From Mayamaea pseudoterrestris (Eukaryota), in contig BROI01000001.1 of the NCBI GenBank assembly GCA_027923505.1, positions 2,232,001-2,296,000 on the forward strand: DNA of 64,000 bases, in the 5' to 3' direction. Position 1 is the stretch's first letter. Each line of letters starts with the position of its first letter. A model generated the notes under the pieces. The model saw nothing but the letters and a program-made list of their open reading frames with translations. It did not search any database and was not told where the DNA came from. A program made the position numbers and the translations under genes. Below, piece by piece: positions 57,301-64,000 of this stretch.

Positions 57301-59109
57301 CCCATTGGCGGATGGAAACGAGACCAAGACTATCTTCGTATCGATGGATCAACAAACTCCGAGGACCGCGGATGCTTGGTGGATCGCTTTAACAGCACTT
57401 TATATGAAGGTGTTGCAAATAGCGTCAAAGCGTTCCTTATCAGCACCATGGCTGGCGGAGTTGGAATGTAAGTTATCTTCGTCACTGACTCTCGCATCTT
57501 TAGCAGCATGGACTCAATGATACATCGATACCTTTTATACAGCAATTTGACTGCAGCCAATCGCGTTGTACTTCTGGACTCGCACTTTAACCCTTCTGTG
57601 ACGACGCAAGCCTTATTTCGTTCATACCGGTACGGTCAAGTAAAGCCAGTTTACGTTTATCGACTGCTTACTGAAGGATCTATTGAGCAGAAAATTTATA
57701 ATCGTTCCGTTGTAAAGAATGGACTTGCCCTGCGGGTCATTGACGATAAGTCCTTCGTCCGCATGTTCACGAAAAGCGAATTGGCCGACTTGACGGAAAA
57801 TCTGATGTGGGCGCAGTGTGACTCATGTGGTCGTTGGCGAGTGTTGCTTGAAGAATTAAAAGACGATCTCCCCGAACAGTGGTTTTGTAAGGATAACAGT
57901 GACCCGCAGAACAACAGTTGCGCCCACCCGGAACGTTCTCCAGCCTGGTACGAGAAAGTCATCCACGGAATGGCCACCGTTTCTGAATCTCCTTTGAAAG
58001 GCACAAGTAGCGGTGAGGCCGATTCATCATTGTCCGAAAATGAGACTCAAGCTCTTGTTGCCAAGGACTCTGTTTTGCAGGAATTGCTTGAAATTAAACA
58101 GAAAAATTCGAAAGTAATTTCACGATTCACGTTCCATGATGTCTTGTTGGCTTCAAGCAAGGATACAGACGAGGAGCTTGAGTCTGCCCGAAAAGCTGCA
58201 GAGTTTGCACGAAAGGCAGATGCAAACGTTGCCAAGAATCTTGAGTCAACTTTTGCAGTAGAACCTCAGGACATGTTTACGCATGCTACGAAAGCGGCAT
58301 CCGCGACAGCTTCGGTGATGCCTGCTGCAAACGCTGATGCGAACAAAGTTTCAGAACCTCGCAATTTAACGAGTGGCAAGGTTGGTACTAAACTCAAAGC
58401 TGGCGGCCAGACAAAAAAGGAAGTACTTGGTGATTCGCTAATATGTAATGGTACAGTCAAGGAAGCCGTCGAAAAAGGCAACAGCAAAGATGCAGACTTG
58501 AATGAAAAGGCAGATTCAGTCGGCGAGAAAGTCGCAACAACACCTTCGATGTCCGCTGGGCCCCAAGGGAAGTCAGCGAAAAGTAAGCCCGACTTATCAG
58601 CTCCTCAGCGTGATGTACACTCCCGAAAGGACTTATCTGCGTTACAAGCAGTGGTGGCGACATCAAAGTCGCGCCCTCTGCAAGACTTGGCGAGCAAGGC
58701 AGCATCAACGAACAAGCGACATGACGGCGCCACCATGCAGGAAAGCATGTCTGATAACTCGATCTCGTCCGACGACGCACCCCTTTTCAAGAAGCAGCTG
58801 CTTCGTCGGACTGAAAGTTGGTCGGATGATTCTCTTTTCGCTGACGACAATGTGTCTTCGAAAAATACTAAGCCTCGCCCGAGATTGAGTTTGTCAAAAG
58901 CTGCTTCATCCAACCACCCCAAGTCAGAATCTCGGATGACACCACAGAAGCGCTCGCCCAAAAAGCGGTCCTCAGCTGGCAACGCCGGTAAGCAGGCAAC
59001 CGCGAAGCGTCGCGGCCGTTCAGAACCTATTCGAGCCATTCCAGCGAATGTAGAAGTGGTTGATCTTTGTGACTCGGACGATGACAGCTCAAAGCTAGAG
59101 CCTCTGTAG
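54313..59109 (+). CDS. ATRX: ATRX/RAD54L2-like SNF2 ATPase with ADD and CW zinc fingers; intron 57468-57542
   Basis: HPHLTVPVC..C / C..C...LLCCSDC...FC..C / WKCLSC (ADD); LKPHQ, AHNMGLGKT, CDEAH, LTGSPFQNNL, RIDG, spliced GVGINLTAANRV, QALFRSYRYGQ; WAQCDSCGRWR...WFC (CW). Confidence 0.88.
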
Positions 59110-59215
59110 TATCATAGTGGAAATAGAGACGAATGCGGAAGTATGCTCAATCGAAATCTATACGAAGCCAATATGAAAGTGCATGGTAATAATTTGTATT
59201 ACAACAGTGCTTCAT

Positions 59216-60331
59216 TTATGTATTTCGGCGAATGTATTCGCAAGCAAGCGCTGCAGTGTACGAATCACTGCAGCTGTAGTCTAAATTCACGCCAGGAAGA
59301 AAGCCATGGTTCAGCATCAAGTCGGCATCGGATCGCGGCCCGTAGCTTATGTAAAGCTGCCTGGTCGTGACATTAACGCAGTTTGGCCCCACAAGCAATT
59401 GGAACGAATCAGTCAACGGGTCATAGTCAATTTGCGAGTCAGCTTGCTCTGAATGATTTGCCGAGTCAATGAAGGGCAAGAGGCAGATGTTTTGTCGATG
59501 TTCCTTCAATTTGCTAACAATCATTGGCATAGCAGCAACGCCTGCTAGTGAGCCCAATAGACTCATTGAAGGATCAGAGTTTGAATCCAAATATATATAC
59601 CCCACCACTGCAGCTGCTAAAGGAGCGAGTACGGATATTGCTGCATCCATGTTATTAACTGACTGTTGGCCCCTAAAGGCTCTGGAGTGAACCGCCTCCA
59701 TGGCCCAACTAAATTCTTCATACGTTACTGGCTCAGCAGCACCATATGTAGCATACTTTCGTCTCCAAGCTTGCTGTTGTTCTTCATGTAGCAGTAGTAG
59801 TTTCATTCCAGTCGATTCGCCAGCTAGTAGTTGCCGTTGATCAAGTGTCCAGTGACGAAGGGCATGCGGAGCAGTTGGCGCCAACTGCAAAGACTTTGAC
59901 TCGGTGATGTGCTGAATGTACGTGTAAAATGAGCTCCTGTCTCCCTTTTTCTTTTCGTCTAATAATTTTATTGCTAATCTCGCGTCCCAATCGGGTGAGT
60001 CAGTGTCGACTTGGATTGTTTTCGTCGCCGGAATGCTCACGATTTTCGTTCCTTGTTCCATTGGCAACTGGCCTGTCCATAGTAGACCTCGCAATCCGTT
60101 TTCAAACCGGGCATGTTTGACGTTCCTATTCCAAATTGCTGATGGTGATGACCTTTGTAGCCATTCCTCCATGGCATGGGCTTCAGGCAATATATTATTA
60201 TTTCTAGGCGGAAGGACGTCCGTCGCAGCGGACGACGATGAAAGAAGGCGTTTCACGAGCCTTTTTTGATGACCCATAGTTTGAAAAGCTCTCGACTCGA
60301 TAACAAGAATTATGCAAATGAATAGCTTCAT
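59216..60331 (-). CDS. SET-domain lysine methyltransferase (Rubisco LSMT-like), probably plastid-targeted
   Basis: GLRGL, WAMEAVHSRAF, LLPFIDSANH, LYISYG...LMLNHGF; signal peptide ending SRAF. Confidence 0.87.
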   Translation of the reverse strand: MKLFICIILVIESRAFQTMGHQKRLVKRLLSSSSAATDVLPPRNNNILPEAHAMEEWLQRSSPSAIWNRNVKHARFENGLRGLLWTGQLPMEQGTKIVSIPATKTIQVDTDSPDWDARLAIKLLDEKKKGDRSSFYTYIQHITESKSLQLAPTAPHALRHWTLDQRQLLAGESTGMKLLLLHEEQQQAWRRKYATYGAAEPVTYEEFSWAMEAVHSRAFRGQQSVNNMDAAISVLAPLAAAVVGYIYLDSNSDPSMSLLGSLAGVAAMPMIVSKLKEHRQNICLLPFIDSANHSEQADSQIDYDPLTDSFQLLVGPNCVNVTTRQLYISYGPRSDADLMLNHGFLPGVNLDYSCSDSYTAALACEYIRRNT

Positions 60332-60777
60332 GGCGTCGAATAGCAAGATTATGTTAGAATGCATTGCTAAGATAATATACACACTCGCAGTTTCATGGTC
60401 GATTCTTCAACCGAAACTTCTGTGAAACGTGTTCAGACCCGGTGCGATGTCATGCTACTATGAATGACCACCGAGCATGCCAAGAGCCTACAAGCAAGTC
60501 GTTATGATCTATTCTACCGTAGAGATGCTCAGGGCTGAAAGAACTTGGTCATGGAAGACTTGCAAAACATTCATCGAGTACAGCACGGTTGTGGACAAGC
60601 GGGCGACAATGCGATTTGAACAACGAGTCAATTCCATTGCTAAACAGCACAACGCTGCTTACACTCCCATAGAGCTAAATCTTGACTTGTCAAAATATAC
60701 AATATCAAATTGCTCTTATATGCTTTGCAATCATTTATTAATGCATTTATCACGCATGCACGTATACAGTGCCTTCC

Positions 60778-61548
60778 TCAAGTCTTGACCCAGCGCATGT
60801 AACGTTTGCCGCTCGGAACTTCCTCGACCTTGTATCCTCCCTCGCCAAACTGCTCATCAGCTTTCTCGTCCGGCGTGAGAAAATACACCACTGCATCATC
60901 TCCAGGTTTCCAGTTGACTGGCGTTTCGACGTTCTTCTCCTCGGCTACCTGGAGGGCATCAATGACGCGGACAATCTCGTCAAAGTTGCGCCCCGCCGAC
61001 GCTGGATACGTCATCATCAAAGCAACCGTTTTGTCCGGCTTGACAATGTAAACGTTGCGCACGTTAAGGGCAACGCCTGTCGCGAGCGTGGCCGCTTCCA
61101 CCGTGATATTTGTGCGATCCAAAACGCCCAGCTTGGCCGCCCACTTGCGGTGAGGATCAGCAATCATGGGAAAATTTATTTCCGCTCCAGTCACAGCGCG
61201 AATATCTTCCTTCCACGCCTTGTGCGAGTCAGCATCGCTGCAGGAAAGAGCGCAAACTTTGACTTTGCGGGTATTAAACTCATCCATTCGCTTCGCTGCC
61301 TCGCCCAACTCAGTAGTGCAAACTGGCGTAAAGTCAGCGGGGTGAAGAAGAATGAGACCCCAGGAATCACCAAGATATTCGTAGAGGTCAAAATTGTCAG
61401 TGTCCTGCGTCGCGACACCCGAAATGTTGGGAAACTGTTTATTGTTTTCATCAAGTAAGTGGTTAGCAAGCGGGCGCGATTTCGGCAAATTACCTCAATT
61501 TCGCTGCGTATTACAACTTACCTTATCGTTAATGGTAAGAGTATGCAT
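60778..61548 (-). CDS. PRDX6: 1-Cys peroxiredoxin (Prx6); exons 61522-61548 and 60778-61434
   Basis: HPADFTPVCTTELG, YPASAGRNFDEIVRVIDALQ, TPVNWKPGD; GTAAGT...CTAAC...CAG intron gives MHTLTINDK/FPN. Confidence 0.95.
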
Positions 61549-61845
61549 CTTTTGTAAGTTTCAGGCGTTAACAATGGCAAGCGGCAGAAAATAGCGGGAC
61601 GTTATGGACAAAGTGAGACGAATGTAAGATGCTCCGCAACCTTTCGATGGAAAAGCCGTGAGAACACCACTAAATGTGAGTTCGCAAATGCTGACGCCAC
61701 TGAAACGTAAACATTAGCTACTTACCTAAAATAATAATTATTCTGCGTTGAAAATAATTGACCGCCTTATGTAGCTGAGCATTTTTTCACCAATCTTCAC
61801 TCAAAATCAACAACGACAATCAGCTACCGGCAGTCGTCGAACCTG

Positions 61846-63678
61846 CTAATTTGAGTAATGCTGCTTCAGCACAAGGGAGTCGCCATTGATTGGGTCCTTC
61901 TTCCAGTTGCATAGCTCCTTGATGATACCAAAGATTTTTTCTTTGCGTTCAGCATAGTCATCAAGCTTCTTTTTAACGTTAAACAGCTTCATGAGGCGCT
62001 TCACCGGAATCGACCCATGGTTGAGCCAGATCTCCCTACGCACAGCCTCCAGAGTAATGACTCGCTTGTCACCAACCTTGACGGCCGCGTCGGGATCAAT
62101 AATGGTTTGTGCGAGCTTACTCACTCGCTCTTTGGCTGATTGTGACGCCTTGTCGGCGGCAGCCATAATCTTAGTGATGTGGTCCATTTCATTATCGCCC
62201 TTGGCAGCAACCTTTGGCGAACCTCCGCTTGTTGCAGCGTCAGTCCTGGCCGCTCCATCACCAGCAAGTCCAGCTTCAGTCGACACAGCCGTGACTTCTC
62301 CTCTCGCCTTGGCAAGCATGCGTTTAAAACCGGCGATCGAAGCCAATCCTTCCGCCCCAGAAACCGCTTCCACCTCATCGTCAAAGTCATCGTCATCCTC
62401 ATCATCGTCTTCCGCCTCATAGTCTGCTTCGTCAAAATTAACTTCCGTCTCGCCAACATCGACATCATCGTCATCAAACTGTTCATTTGCATCATAATCT
62501 AACTCGTCGTATTCCGCTTGTACGTCGCGTTGGTAAAAGTCATCCTGCATTGCAGCGCCGTCGGCTCCCCGCTCCTGCTCTCCGGCAGGGCCAGTAGCGT
62601 TAGTATTGTCGTCGTTACCTTCACGATTCGCATTAAAGGCGTTAAACCTTTGCTTGGCGGCGAATATTGCATCATTTGTTCCACCAAGAACGCCGTCGTC
62701 GCCAACTCGGACAGAGTCGTCCGCCATGGAGCTGAGCAGTTCCTTGCGTGCACCAGACGCACCCTTGCGCGAGGCAAACGCCACATCGCTCATGACGTCT
62801 TCTCCCTCTTCAATGGCGCCACTGCCAGCAGCAGCGTTGAAGTGCATGAGTTTTCCCATGAGTCTATGCTTGCTGCTGTTCTTGTTTAAATGATTGTTCA
62901 TTCTCGCCGCAGCGACACCTCCAAACCCAGGAGGTAATCCCGAGGTCGCCGATGCAATGTTAGCCGCCGTTGGCATGCGCGTCAAACCAGGCTGTCCCTT
63001 CTGCTGCTCCATGATTGCTTGTGCCTGCGAAAGTGAAAGTGACGCTCGCGAGGCTGGCTGTGCAAACAGAATGGTTGAATTTCCGGCTGGAACAACCCGA
63101 CAAGACAAGGTCGGAGTAGCATCATCATCATCGTTCGTGTCCATGAATGTTGTTTCATTTAACTGCTCCAGAATAATGTAATGACTGGGATTATGCTCGG
63201 GTACTCCTTCGTAGCGTGACGACATTTTCAAGTGTGAATTGTCATCGGCTGCAGCGGCGTCAGTCTTCTTCTCCCGTCGAGCCACCATGGTTTCAAAGAA
63301 ATCGACCTTTTCTTGTAGAATCCATTGTCGCTTGGGAGCCTCAAATTGTCGCCATCGTTTCTTCTTCTTTAATCGAGTGTCAGCATCATCGTCACTGTCG
63401 TCGAGCGCCTTTGGAACATCCTGCTGATACAATCGTCCAGACTTCCATGGCTCTTTCGTAAAAGCTGGAGGAACAACAGACTCTGGAAACTTTGCGATCA
63501 ACGGAAAGGCTTGCTTGGGAGCCTTGGCGTCGACTGGATCAACTGTGAGTATATTATTGGGTCCTTTGACGAGTCGCAGACGAATGGATCCACCGACGGG
63601 TAGCGCCTTGCCGAGCGTCTGCAGAAGGGAATCGACGCCATATTTTCGTTTCGCAGACGATGACGAGTTGCTTGACAT
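61846..63678 (-). CDS. GTF2F1: Transcription factor TFIIF alpha subunit (RAP74/Tfg1-like)
   Basis: WILQ...RYEG N-terminal dimerisation-like region, acidic DELDYDANEQFDDDD, C-terminal winged-helix-like ITLEAVRREI...GSIPVKRL...LVLK. Confidence 0.7.
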   Translation of the reverse strand: MSSNSSSSAKRKYGVDSLLQTLGKALPVGGSIRLRLVKGPNNILTVDPVDAKAPKQAFPLIAKFPESVVPPAFTKEPWKSGRLYQQDVPKALDDSDDDADTRLKKKKRWRQFEAPKRQWILQEKVDFFETMVARREKKTDAAAADDNSHLKMSSRYEGVPEHNPSHYIILEQLNETTFMDTNDDDDATPTLSCRVVPAGNSTILFAQPASRASLSLSQAQAIMEQQKGQPGLTRMPTAANIASATSGLPPGFGGVAAARMNNHLNKNSSKHRLMGKLMHFNAAAGSGAIEEGEDVMSDVAFASRKGASGARKELLSSMADDSVRVGDDGVLGGTNDAIFAAKQRFNAFNANREGNDDNTNATGPAGEQERGADGAAMQDDFYQRDVQAEYDELDYDANEQFDDDDVDVGETEVNFDEADYEAEDDDEDDDDFDDEVEAVSGAEGLASIAGFKRMLAKARGEVTAVSTEAGLAGDGAARTDAATSGGSPKVAAKGDNEMDHITKIMAAADKASQSAKERVSKLAQTIIDPDAAVKVGDKRVITLEAVRREIWLNHGSIPVKRLMKLFNVKKKLDDYAERKEKIFGIIKELCNWKKDPINGDSLVLKQHYSN

Positions 63679-64000
63679 GCCTATTGTATGTGATTTAGAT
63701 TGAATTGGTACGTTGCCGGAGATTAATTTGGAAGAGATGAATGAATCTCCATGATGTGAGGCTTGCGACGGACATGATGCGACAAATTTTAGTAAGCGGC
63801 ACTAAAAAGACAACTTCCAAGGGGCGATGAGAAACATACATGTTGTACATACTGGTAATGGGAGTACAAATATAGTTAAATGGAAAGGATAGCTGCACAT
63901 AGGTGCAGGTACTCACACAGTAGTAGTTATGTATAACACCAAGATTTGTCGCGCGATTTATCATTGTCTACATTAGCCCAATGGTTTCCTTCAGACCCAA

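Noticed and set aside
1..64000. tRNA, rRNA, snRNA genes or telomeric repeats
   Set aside because: None recognised by eye; tRNAscan-SE/Infernal would be needed to exclude them

Overview
Eukaryotic nuclear DNA: gene-dense, about 50% GC, with short GT-AG introns. It is almost certainly a diatom, inferred from several bipartite plastid-targeting presequences of the ASAF type and CoDi-like Ty1/copia elements. The window holds about 28 protein genes (LRR protein, alpha/beta hydrolase, SmE, CDPK, family-X DNA polymerase, ABCF1, SLU7, D27, ferredoxin, a STRA6-like membrane protein, ARMC6, TUTase, PDZ protein, V-ATPase H, two ESCRT-III subunits, ATRX-like SNF2, SET protein, 1-Cys peroxiredoxin, TFIIF-alpha and several orphans). 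There are two Ty1/copia LTR retrotransposons. The first is cut by the window edge and truncates an LRR gene. The second is complete (8147-12560) with identical 270-bp LTRs and a 5-bp TSD, but has a decayed, RT-deleted interior, a palindrome where the PBS should be, and a hairpin target site. The most striking unexplained structure is a pair of directly oriented arrays of the same 42-bp repeat bracketing a ~5-kb block that carries the Pol X gene. Unusual protein architectures include an MDP1-phosphatase/cold-shock/ASCH fusion, SLU7 with a Tudor-like segment replacing its zinc knuckle, and a STRA6-like protein with EF-hand-like motifs. No rRNA, tRNA or CRISPR array was recognised. All family calls come from motif recognition by eye, and no database searches were run.
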